From positions 1,071,794-1,135,793 of the forward strand of contig OZ253581.1 in NCBI GenBank assembly GCA_965263055.1: a stretch of 64,000 bases of DNA, written 5' to 3'. Origin of the DNA: Vicinamibacterales bacterium. GTDB taxonomy: Bacteria > Acidobacteriota > Vicinamibacteria > Vicinamibacterales > UBA8438. Made by a program: the position numbers and the translations under genes. The notes beneath the pieces were generated by a model that was not told where the DNA came from, did no database searches, and saw nothing but the letters and a program-made list of their open reading frames with translations. Positions 29,528 through 37,820 of the stretch are shown here, one piece after another (position 1 is the stretch's first letter; each line of letters starts with the position of its first letter).

Positions 29528-30684
29528 CCTGGTCCGGAGGAAGGCGCGCCGCCGCGCGCATCGCGCTCACCGCCGCGTCGTTGCTGGCGGCATGGGGCGC
29601 CGGGCCCGTGTTCGCCGAACCGACGTTCCTGTCCAGGCAGTACCCACGCTGCACCGCCTGTCACTACTCGGAGTCGGGCGGCGGGCTGTTGACGCCGTAC
29701 GGACGGTCGCTGTCGCGGGAGGAGATCTCGACGTTCGGCCGCCAGGGCGCCGGCGTGGACCCGACGCAGCCGGCCGCCGACGAGGAAGGCTTCCTCTTCG
29801 GCGCCCTCGGGAGCGAGAGCCCGCTGCAGCTCGGCCTCGACATCCGGCCCTCGCATCTGGGCGTCAACGTGCCCGGCCGAACCCTGGCCGACCGCAATTT
29901 CCTCATGACCCTCGATCTGCAAGCGGCCTGGCGTCGCGACCGCTGGACCGCCTACGGCACGGTCGGACGCCAGCCCCGTGCCAGCGGCGGCCGGGTGGTG
30001 TCGTACGAGCACTGGGTCTCCTACCAGGTTGCCGACGGCGTGAGCGTGCGCGGCGGACGGTTCCTGCCGGCCTACGGCGTCCGGTTCGCCGACCACACGT
30101 CGTTCACCCGCGAGCGGCTCGACCTCGCCCAGGACGATCAGATCTACGGCGTCGAGGTGGGCGTGTCGACCGATCGGACGCTGCTACAGGTATCCGCCGG
30201 CCCGGGACGCGCCGAATCACTGATCGACGGCGACGGACGTAGCGCGTTCACCGGAAGCGGCCGGTTCCAGTTCGACGTCGGACCCCGCACCGTCCTCGCG
30301 GGATCCGTCCGCCACCGCGGCGCGTCGGACGCCGGCCCCTCACGCACCGGAGGCGGGCTCTCCTTCGGCTACGCCCCGACCGCCTGGCTCACCACCTGGA
30401 CGCATGCGGACGTTCAGCACCAGGCGCTGCGGACGAGCAGCCGCTCCTACATCGTCGCCAACCAGACGTCGGTCGAGGCGGTGCGCGGCCTCTGGCTCCG
30501 CGTGTCGCCGCAGGTGCGCTGGACGGATCGCGACCCGCGGGGCGAAATCCGCCGCATGGTCTACGGCCTGGACTTCTATCCACGCACCCACTGGCACGTC
30601 AACGTCTCGTACTACCGCGACCACCTCCCGTTCAACGGCCAGCGCGTGCAGACGCTGCTTGCCCAGTTGCACCTCTATCTGTAA
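29524..30684 (+). CDS. Putative outer-membrane beta-barrel protein with N-terminal CxxCH heme-attachment motif
   Basis: 386 aa. A signal peptide (…GAGPVFAEP) is followed by YPRCTACHYSESGGGLLTPYGR. After that come many alternating-hydrophobicity strands, ending LLAQLHLYL. It overlaps the YceI gene by 4 nt. Confidence 0.5.
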   Translation: MTWSGGRRAAARIALTAASLLAAWGAGPVFAEPTFLSRQYPRCTACHYSESGGGLLTPYGRSLSREEISTFGRQGAGVDPTQPAADEEGFLFGALGSESPLQLGLDIRPSHLGVNVPGRTLADRNFLMTLDLQAAWRRDRWTAYGTVGRQPRASGGRVVSYEHWVSYQVADGVSVRGGRFLPAYGVRFADHTSFTRERLDLAQDDQIYGVEVGVSTDRTLLQVSAGPGRAESLIDGDGRSAFTGSGRFQFDVGPRTVLAGSVRHRGASDAGPSRTGGGLSFGYAPTAWLTTWTHADVQHQALRTSSRSYIVANQTSVEAVRGLWLRVSPQVRWTDRDPRGEIRRMVYGLDFYPRTHWHVNVSYYRDHLPFNGQRVQTLLAQLHLYL

Positions 30685-30695
30685 CGCTAGCTTCC

Positions 30696-31166
30696 GTGAC
30701 GACAACCCTGCGCTGCTTCCTATCACTTCCGCTGGTTCTGGTTCTCGCGCTGGGTGTCGCCGCCTGCGGTGCGGATTCCCCGCCCGCGCCGACCACCCCG
30801 ACGCCGACTACCCCGACTCCGCCGCCACCGGCGCCGGATCCCAACGAATTGATGCCCACGTTGTCGAGCATCCAGAGCCTCGTGTTCACCCCGCAATGCG
30901 TCATGTGTCACGGGGACGACGTAGCGGAGGCCGGTCTCAATCTGGAAGAAGGGACGTCGTTCGCGTCGCTCGTCAACGTGCCCAGCACTCAGGTGGCGCT
31001 CGATCTCGTAGAGCCGAACGACGCGGAGAACAGCTATCTGATCCACAAGCTCGACGGCCGCGACGGCATCGTCGGCGACCGGATGCCCTACGATGCCGAG
31101 TTCCTCTCCGAGGCGGACATCGACGTCATCAAGCAGTGGATCAAAGACGGCGCGCAGGACAACTGA
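30696..31166 (+). CDS. Lipoprotein with single CxxCH; Planctomycete-type cytochrome c (PSCyt1)-like domain
   Basis: 156 aa with lipobox LGVAAC and a Pro/Thr linker. It then reads IQSLVFTPQCVMCHGDD..AGLNLEEG...NSYLIHKL...DRMPYDAEFLSEADIDVIKQWIKDGA. Confidence 0.6.
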   Translation: MTTTLRCFLSLPLVLVLALGVAACGADSPPAPTTPTPTTPTPPPPAPDPNELMPTLSSIQSLVFTPQCVMCHGDDVAEAGLNLEEGTSFASLVNVPSTQVALDLVEPNDAENSYLIHKLDGRDGIVGDRMPYDAEFLSEADIDVIKQWIKDGAQDN

Positions 31167-31257
31167 CCGCCGAGCTGCACCACTCACGCAAACTCATGTG
31201 ATTATTGTTGCTGCTTGCGCTGGTTCAGCACAGGCCCCGCACCACAAGTTAGCGTAG

Positions 31258-33210
31258 ATGGCACCGCTGCAACGTGCTCACGTCGTCGCCTTTGGCGCCG
31301 TTCTACTGGTCGCTATCTGGCTGCGCGCACCGCAGATCTCCACAGGCCTACCATACTTCTATGATGCGGACGAAACGACCCAGTTCAACCGGTTGGTGCG
31401 GATGGTCCAGACCAACGACTACCACCCTTACTTCTTCCATTACCCGTCGCTGGACCTCTACTTGCGGATGCCCGCGTTGGCGGGTGGCTTCCTGTGGTCG
31501 GCACGAGAGGGCGACATAAGTTCCATTCACGAGATCGTCAGGATCGACATTATCGCACCCGACCGGATCGCCAGAACGGCATCGCATCCGCGCATCGTCA
31601 TGTGGGTGCGCTCCGTCACTCTGTTCTTCAGCCTGCTGATGCTCGTTGCGACGGTAGGAATTGCGCGCAGGCTCACTGCCTCACCTTGGGTGGCGGTCCT
31701 AGCGGGGGTGTTCGTGGCGTGCTCCCCACCGCTGATCGAGGACTCGGAAAAGATCGGCGTCGACACGCTGATGGCAGCAATGTGCGTCGTGACCGTGTGG
31801 CTGTCGTTGCGCACCATGGAGCAGCCGAGCGTGGGGCGAGCGGCACTGGCAGGACTAGCGGCGGGGCTCGCCATATCGAGCAAGTACAACGCCATGCCGA
31901 TCGTCATCGTGCCAGCGCTGGCTTGCCTGCTCTCGGTCCGCTGCTCGCCTGGCATGCTGACGGCGGCGTTGGGTCTACCGGCAGTCGGGTTTTTCGCCGG
32001 GACTCCGTACGGTTTGTTCTATCCTGCCGACCTCCTCAACGGAATGGCGGACGGGATCACGTACTACTCACTCCCTGGAAGCTCCGGTCCGCGCATCGAG
32101 CCTGGCTGGCCGCACGCAGCGCGCTTTCTCGGTTGGTTGTCAAGGAATGCGATGGGTGTCTCAGTCACGCTGGCCGGCATCACCGGCGCCGCCCTGCTGC
32201 CGATCGCCGACCGACACCGCCGCGCGGCGATCGTGATGCTGGCGTTCCCACTGGCGTTCGGCGTGTTTATGGTCAATCAGCACGCCGCCTTTTTCCGCAA
32301 CATGCTCGTATTGATCCCGTTCTTCGCCGTTGCCGCAGCATGGGCGGCGGAGCGGCTGGCAAAGCACCTGTCCCGGCAACCGTGGATGCCGTTTGGGGGA
32401 AGGGCGGTCATGCCAATGCTCGTCTTCCTCCTTCTCGCACAGCCGGTAGTCATGGCTATCAACCTGTGGCAGGAGACAGGGACGGCGCCTGAGAGCCGAC
32501 GCCTGGTCAGCGCGTGGCTGGCAGAGGCCGTTAGTCCGGAGACGGAAACGGCAATCACCGAAGAACTGCGGCTACCAGCGGCAGACTATCGTACTACGGG
32601 CATCACGATGGCACGCACCGATCAGTTGACCGATCCGAAGCGGCTGTTTCTGGACGGCTATGACCGAATTGTCGTCGGTCCGAACTTCGAGCTCCCCGCG
32701 CACGCCACGGACCTGTTGCAGGTACACCGGATCTTTGCGGGCGATCGCTACCAGACCTACATTCCGCGCAATCCGGAAATAACGATCTACAACCTGCCTG
32801 CCACGCTCGCGTACCACCCAGGGGTGCGTGAGCTGGTCGCACGCGACCCACGCTACGAGCTGACCGACGGCGTCGTGCGCACGCGCATCGCGCGGCTCGC
32901 GCTCGATGGTCTGGGCTCGGGAACAGTCCAAACGCCGCACTCAACCATCACACTTGATCTCCGCACGCCGTGGCCGTCGCAGTCCTGTCGACTCGAGCTG
33001 CCCCGTTGGCAATCACCCGAGCTTTGCGCTGACCTCCCGCCCGGACACCGGGAGACGCGATCCGTCACGATCCCCACGGATGTACTGGCCGGACAGAGTT
33101 GGTTGTGGATCGTCGTCCGCCGCGTCCACCTGGATCCCGATTCCACGCGGGAGCGCAGGCTCCGACTCGGGATGGTGGTGGACGCGCTGACCGTAAGTCC
33201 GGCGCCGTAG
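31258..33210 (+). CDS. GT39/ArnT-like (GT-C) polytopic glycosyltransferase-like protein
   Basis: 650 aa. The N-terminal TM is followed by the loop motif YFYDADETTQFNRLVRM. There are about 11 TM helices and a roughly 230-aa C-terminal soluble domain. Confidence 0.55.
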   Translation: MAPLQRAHVVAFGAVLLVAIWLRAPQISTGLPYFYDADETTQFNRLVRMVQTNDYHPYFFHYPSLDLYLRMPALAGGFLWSAREGDISSIHEIVRIDIIAPDRIARTASHPRIVMWVRSVTLFFSLLMLVATVGIARRLTASPWVAVLAGVFVACSPPLIEDSEKIGVDTLMAAMCVVTVWLSLRTMEQPSVGRAALAGLAAGLAISSKYNAMPIVIVPALACLLSVRCSPGMLTAALGLPAVGFFAGTPYGLFYPADLLNGMADGITYYSLPGSSGPRIEPGWPHAARFLGWLSRNAMGVSVTLAGITGAALLPIADRHRRAAIVMLAFPLAFGVFMVNQHAAFFRNMLVLIPFFAVAAAWAAERLAKHLSRQPWMPFGGRAVMPMLVFLLLAQPVVMAINLWQETGTAPESRRLVSAWLAEAVSPETETAITEELRLPAADYRTTGITMARTDQLTDPKRLFLDGYDRIVVGPNFELPAHATDLLQVHRIFAGDRYQTYIPRNPEITIYNLPATLAYHPGVRELVARDPRYELTDGVVRTRIARLALDGLGSGTVQTPHSTITLDLRTPWPSQSCRLELPRWQSPELCADLPPGHRETRSVTIPTDVLAGQSWLWIVVRRVHLDPDSTRERRLRLGMVVDALTVSPAP

Positions 33211-33955
33211 CGTTCGCTGGCGACCGAGTTCTCGATAGTGCCGTCCACGCCGCGACCGTTGTACCTCGCCATTGAGGATGGCCAGAACGCGACGACCGGG
33301 CGAAGCGCAAATAGCGTCGGGCGTCAGGCGGCCAGGGAGGTCGAGCAGGTCTAATTCTGGGTGACTATGGATTTAATGCCAGCCTATCCGGACTTTCCGT
33401 CGCGGCGGCGGCCATTCGCCGAGCGTCCGCCAGTACGACACGGCAAGTCATTTATATAGTTTGAGGTAGTCAGGCCAGTACACCCACGCTCCCCATTCTG
33501 TACCCCACAAGGTGAACGGGACCGCATAGTGCCACAGACGCCTTCCGCGAGCAAACCAGACCTGGGCAACCGTGGTACAGGGATCCAGATCAACCGCGTC
33601 GATCCGCCAGATCCGAACCACTGCGACAGACGACGACGCGGCAACATCGAGTCAGAACGGATCCACTCTTGAGGATCCGAGCTCACTCACCAGATCACGA
33701 AAGCACACGAAAACCGGCCACGGAAAAAGCTGGCTCCTGACCGGTTATAGTGTCAGGAAGCAGCTTACTCAACGTGCCACATTGGGACTGGCAGGGGGCT
33801 CCGCCCCTCGACCCCCGGACAGAGATACCGTGCGGGCTGGGGATTCAGGCCCGGCCGTCGCCGGGTCGCTGAGGTTGCCACAAATGGGAAATTTACGGTG
33901 GCCACCAACATGGTCACCCGGCGTTGCACCGCCGTTGCGGCCGGCGCCGGGTTCG

Positions 33956-35098
33956 ATGGCCTCGGCAGCCCGTTCGTGGTCGTCGAGCCGCCACACGAGC
34001 GGGGGACGCCGCGCGGTCGAAGTCGCCGACAGGGCCACCCATCAGAAGCGCTACGGTCCGGCGTCGCGGCTGCTGCATGCGCTGGCGCTCGAGCGCCCCT
34101 TCGTCGCGGAGACCTGGCTCGACGTCGAGGAACTGCTGCACGGCCGCAATCTACCCGCAGCGGACGGCGGCGCGCATGTCTTCGTTACCGGTTTGGCACG
34201 CGCCGGCACCACGATGTTGATGCGGCTGCTACACGCCTCGGGCCGGTTCGCGTCGCTCAGCTACCGCGACATGCCATTCGTCCTGGCGCCGAACCTCTGG
34301 GCCTCGCTCACGCGACGGTCGCGGCGCGACCTCCCGGCGCAGGAACGGGCGCACGGCGACGGTGTCGTCGTCGATGCCGACAGTCCGGAAGCGCTCGACG
34401 AGGTCTTCTGGCGCGTCGTCTGCGGGAGCGACTACATCGGACCGAACACGCTGTCGCCGATGGAGGCGGACCGCGACGCGATGGATCGCTTCCGCCGCTA
34501 CGTCGCCCTGGTTCTGAAGCGGTATGGGTCCGACCGATACCTGTCGAAGAACAACAACAACCTGCTGCGGCTGCCGTCGTTACGCCGCGCGTTCCCGAAT
34601 GCGCACTTGGTTGTCCCGTTCCGCGATCCGCTGCGCCAGGCGGCGTCACTCCTGACGCAACACCGGCGCTTCTCCCAACAGCAGCGGGACGATCCGTTCA
34701 CCCGCCGCTACATGGCCTGGCTCGTGCATCACGAGTTCGGTCTCGACCACCGCCCGTTCGCGTTTGCGGGCAGCAACGCGCCCGCAGATGCGGACCGCGA
34801 TGACCCGGCGTACTGGCTGCAGCAGTGGGTCGCCGCCTACTCGCACGCGCTGGAGTGCGCGGACGAGACCGCCATCAATCCGATATTCGTCAGCTACGAA
34901 TGGATTTGCGCCGAGCCGGAGCGGGCTTGCGAGGCGCTGGCGTCACGTCTCGATCTTCCCCCGACGGCGCTCACGTTCGCGCCCCGCCGCTCCCCGACCG
35001 ACACGCCGGCAATCGCCGACCGCCCGCTGGTCGGCCGGGCGTGGGAGCTGTACGCGGCGCTCGACGAGCGGAGCCGGCGAGATGCGGCGACGCCATAG
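33956..35098 (+). CDS. Sulfotransferase-family protein
   Basis: PAPS 5'-phosphosulfate loop VFVTGLARAGTTMLMRLL and a later RYLSKNNNN segment. Start chosen at ATG 33956, within the longer track ORF (33572), so it is uncertain. Confidence 0.65.
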   Translation: MASAARSWSSSRHTSGGRRAVEVADRATHQKRYGPASRLLHALALERPFVAETWLDVEELLHGRNLPAADGGAHVFVTGLARAGTTMLMRLLHASGRFASLSYRDMPFVLAPNLWASLTRRSRRDLPAQERAHGDGVVVDADSPEALDEVFWRVVCGSDYIGPNTLSPMEADRDAMDRFRRYVALVLKRYGSDRYLSKNNNNLLRLPSLRRAFPNAHLVVPFRDPLRQAASLLTQHRRFSQQQRDDPFTRRYMAWLVHHEFGLDHRPFAFAGSNAPADADRDDPAYWLQQWVAAYSHALECADETAINPIFVSYEWICAEPERACEALASRLDLPPTALTFAPRRSPTDTPAIADRPLVGRAWELYAALDERSRRDAATP

Positions 35099-35158
35099 CG
35101 CTGTTCAACTGGGGGCGTGCTATATCATGGGCGCGTCTTGTGCATCGCAGATCGTCTA

Positions 35159-35428
35159 ATGCGACGGGTGGCGGCGCTGGTTCCGGTGGCGTTGCTGGCG
35201 TGGGCACCGGCAGCGGAGGCCTACATCGGGCCTGGCGTCGGCTTGGGCGCGATTGCGCTCGTCGCGGGGATGATCGGGTCGATCGTCCTCTGGTTCACGG
35301 CGATCCTCTGGTATCCGTTCCGGCGCATGCTGCACCGGCGGCGCGAGGCGATGAAGCGATCCGCCGAGCCGGCTGACACCCTGCAGGCAACCGACGCGCC
35401 GGCGGCGGAAGACCGCGCCGCGTCCTGA
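35159..35428 (+). CDS. Small secreted/membrane-anchored protein (signal peptide, YIGPGVG, TM, basic tail)
   Basis: MRRVAALVPVALLAWAPAAEAYIGPGVGLGAIALVAGMIGSIVLWFTAILWYPFRRMLHRRRE. No family recognised. Coding status is inferred only from the hydrophobicity pattern. Confidence 0.35.
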   Translation: MRRVAALVPVALLAWAPAAEAYIGPGVGLGAIALVAGMIGSIVLWFTAILWYPFRRMLHRRREAMKRSAEPADTLQATDAPAAEDRAAS

Positions 35429-35693
35429 TTCACCGGCAGCCCTGATCGCCATCAGTCACGCGGTTGCGAAGACGTTGAGCGATGTGCTCTTCGCCGGCAA
35501 GCTGGCCGCCAACAAGGGAGCGTCTGCGCTGCTGCCGCAACCGCCGATCTCCCGCTGTCGCTGGTGGTGACGGGCGATGGTCCCGCGCGGGCGTTGCCAT
35601 TGCCGCCGCCCTGTTGAAGCGTTGCGCGCCTCCCTGTGACGGGCGAAGCGGGCCGGGCCGTGTCAACGTCTTTGAGACAACCTGATTCAGCAT

Positions 35694-36812
35694 TTACTGT
35701 AGCGACTCCACGCCATCGACGCGGTGCAACGACGACCGATCGAGCGGCGGTCGCGGCCGGGCAACGACCGCATGCTGCGAGTCGTCCGGGGTGCCGGTCG
35801 TCGGTCCTGGGGCATCCTGGCGGGTCGTTCTCGACGGCCGATTGATCCATACGGCGGTCGGCAAGGTTTCTGGGCGTGGTGGTCCGCTGACGAATCGCTC
35901 CGGATGCGCGGCGTAGGCCACGAGGCGGGTGCGGTGACGCAGGTCGAAGATCGCCGGCGCGCGGCCGTAATGCACGTCGGCCGGCGTGAGATAGCTGAGG
36001 CCGCTGTGGTGGTGGGCATCATTGTACCAAGCCAAGAGGTCGTGGCAGATGGCGCGCGCGTGTTCGAGTGCGCCGAACCGCTTCGGAAACTCCGGCCGAT
36101 ACTTGAAGGTGCGAAACTGCGCCTCCGAGAACGGATTGTCATTGCTCACGCGCGGCCGCGAGTGGCTGGCCGCGATGCCGAGGTCGGAGAACAACAGCGC
36201 GACGAGCTTGCTGCGCATGGGCGCGCCGCGGTCGGCGTGAATCGTGAGCTGCTGCGGCTGGATACGCTGCTTCGCGCAGGTCTGCTCGATCAAGCGCTCG
36301 GCCAAGTGGGCGCTCTCCTTGACCGCCACCATCCAGCCCACGACGTAGCGGCTGAAGAGGTCGAGGATCACATACAGCGAGTAGTAGAGAGAGGGAACCG
36401 GGCCCTTCAGCTTGGTGATGTCCCAGGACCAGACCTGATTCGGCGCCGTCGCGACGAGCTCGGGTTTGACGTACGCCGGATGCCGCACCTGGTCGCGGCG
36501 CTCCCGCACTTCGTCGGCCTCGGCGAGCACCCGATACATCGTGCGCGGGGAGCAGAGGTAGGTCTGCTCCTCAAGCAACGTCGCATAGACTTCGGCGGGC
36601 GATTGATCGACAAACCGCGCGCTGTGCAACGTGTCGCGGACGGCTCGCCGTTCGGCAGGGACCAGCGCGCGCGGCGACGGCGCGCGGGGCCGCCGGGGCG
36701 TCGCCGGCGGCGTGGGCCGGCGCCGCCGATAGAGCGACGCGCGGGACACGCCGATGCTCTGACACAACGCCGACGTCTCGCCCTTCGCCGTGACGGCCTC
36801 GATCGCGCGCAT
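35694..36812 (-). CDS. IS3-family transposase OrfB (HTH_21 + rve integrase core, DDE)
   Basis: LCQSIGVSRASLYRRRR, WSWDITKL, IHADRGAPMRS and SNDNPFSEAQFRTFKYRPEF. The frame stays open upstream to the A-run at 36869-36876, which is -1 relative to orfA. Confidence 0.8.
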   Translation of the reverse strand: MRAIEAVTAKGETSALCQSIGVSRASLYRRRRPTPPATPRRPRAPSPRALVPAERRAVRDTLHSARFVDQSPAEVYATLLEEQTYLCSPRTMYRVLAEADEVRERRDQVRHPAYVKPELVATAPNQVWSWDITKLKGPVPSLYYSLYVILDLFSRYVVGWMVAVKESAHLAERLIEQTCAKQRIQPQQLTIHADRGAPMRSKLVALLFSDLGIAASHSRPRVSNDNPFSEAQFRTFKYRPEFPKRFGALEHARAICHDLLAWYNDAHHHSGLSYLTPADVHYGRAPAIFDLRHRTRLVAYAAHPERFVSGPPRPETLPTAVWINRPSRTTRQDAPGPTTGTPDDSQHAVVARPRPPLDRSSLHRVDGVESLQ

Positions 36813-36868
36813 CAGTCGGTCTCGTCGGTGTCGAGGGGTTTCAGGGGGATCTCCAGGATCTCGGCAAC

Positions 36869-36877
36869 TTTTTTTTA
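36869..36877 (-). promoter_or_regulatory. Programmed -1 frameshift slippery motif (A AAA AAA G) of the IS3 element, preceded by T giving an in-frame TAA
   Basis: Minus strand reads GCC CTC TAA AAA AAA GTT in the orfA frame. The orfB frame is CCT CTA AAA AAA AGT. Confidence 0.5.
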
Positions 36878-37300
36878 GAGGGCGATGATCGTCTCGGCCC
36901 GCTGCAGCTTCCGCTGGAGCCTGCGGTTCTCGGCTTCCAACTGCTTCACACGCGGGTCGATCGGACGTGGGGTCGGGCCGCGCCGACGTCCCCGCATGTC
37001 CCGCAGGGCGCCCTGCTCACGCTGCCGTCGCCAGTTCGCCAAGTGCGAGCTATACAAGCCTTCTCGGCGCAGCAGCGCCCCCAGCTCGCCAGGCCGCTTG
37101 CACGCGTCCGCCTGCTTGAGGATGCCGAGCCGATACTCCGCCGTGAACCGGCGGCGCTCGGCTTTCGCCGGCACTTCAGGATCGGGTGCCGTCGCGGCTG
37201 ACGTAGCCGTGGGCCCGAAGGCTCCGGTCGCCCTCCGGGCTCCCCCCGCGTTCGGCCCCGCGACCACGTCCATCTCCACGGCTGGTGGCATGCGATTCAT
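36875..37300 (-). CDS. IS3-family transposase OrfA (HTH + leucine zipper), prematurely terminated
   Basis: FTAEYRLGILKQADAC..GELGALLRREGLYSSHLANWRRQRE and a heptad LEAENRRLQRKLQRAETIIAL. It ends at a TAA, after which the same frame continues KKVAEILEIPLKPLDTDETD-TGA. Confidence 0.75.
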   Translation of the reverse strand: MNRMPPAVEMDVVAGPNAGGARRATGAFGPTATSAATAPDPEVPAKAERRRFTAEYRLGILKQADACKRPGELGALLRREGLYSSHLANWRRQREQGALRDMRGRRRGPTPRPIDPRVKQLEAENRRLQRKLQRAETIIAL

Positions 37301-37352
37301 CCATCAAACCCTCCCCCGCCCCGACACTAATCTCAATAGGGAGGTTGTCTCA

Positions 37353-37772
37353 CAGATCATTGGCACAAGGGGCAAGGTGGGGAGCCGTTTTGCCGCCCTC
37401 GAGCCGATCGCGCAAGGGCTCGGGCGACTCTACGGCTCGGTCGAGGCGGACGTGGCCCGCGGCCTGGCGCTACGGATGGACCACGGCAGCCAGTATCTGT
37501 CAGACCACTTCCTCAACCAGGTCCGCTACTGGGGCATCCACCCCAGCTTCGGCTTGCTTGAAGAACCGGAAACCAACGGGGTCGTCGAGCGCTGGAATCG
37601 CACGCTCAGGGAGCCAGCGATCTACGGCCGGGTCTTTCACAGCCTCGCCGAAGTACGCGCCGCCGTCGCCGCGTTCGTCGAACGCTACAACCAGTGCTGG
37701 CGCCTCGAGAAGCTCTCCTATCGCACGCCACTCGAAGCGCGCGAGGAGTACAAGCTACGTCAAGCCGCGTAG
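37353..37772 (+). pseudogene. C-terminal fragment of a second rve-type transposase, abutting the IS3 end
   Basis: Translation reads ...LRMDHGSQYLSDHFLNQVRYWGIHPSFGLLEEPETNGVVERWNRTLRE...FVERYNQCWRLEKLSYRTPLEARE. This is the last D..E part of the DDE core plus tail. No N-terminal part is present on either side of the IS3. Confidence 0.65.
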
Positions 37773-37820
37773 CGCAAACGTGTGTCCAAGAAACCGCGTG
37801 CGGTACAGATGAAGCATAAA

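Larger units (their letters stand above)
35673..37352 (-). mobile_element. IS3-family insertion sequence (orfA/orfB with -1 frameshift layout), probably inactive
   Basis: Terminal inverted repeats TGAGACAACCT... lie at 35673 and, reverse-complemented, at 37352 (TG...CA ends). The interior holds orfA plus rve orfB in the -1 frame and an A8G run at the overlap. No matching 3-bp target duplication is seen (CTT vs CAG). Confidence 0.8.

Noticed and set aside
33630-33665. GGATCC...GGATCCGAGCTC (BamHI/SacI sites close together), which briefly suggested cloning-vector polylinker contamination.
   Set aside because: The surrounding sequence does not match the common pUC-type polylinker order as I remember it, and the flanks are continuous with genomic-looking DNA. 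Most likely coincidence.
33384-33686. 100-aa minus-strand ORF in the 33.2-33.9 kb gap.
   Set aside because: It has Arg/Ser/Gly-rich, non-protein-like composition, no start context and no motif. It is treated as non-coding, and the gap is reported as a finding instead.
36869-36877. Idea that transcriptional slippage on the A8 run could rescue the IS3 transposase.
   Set aside because: The stop is T plus the first two As of the run. Adding or removing As leaves TAA in the orfA frame, so slippage cannot bypass it.
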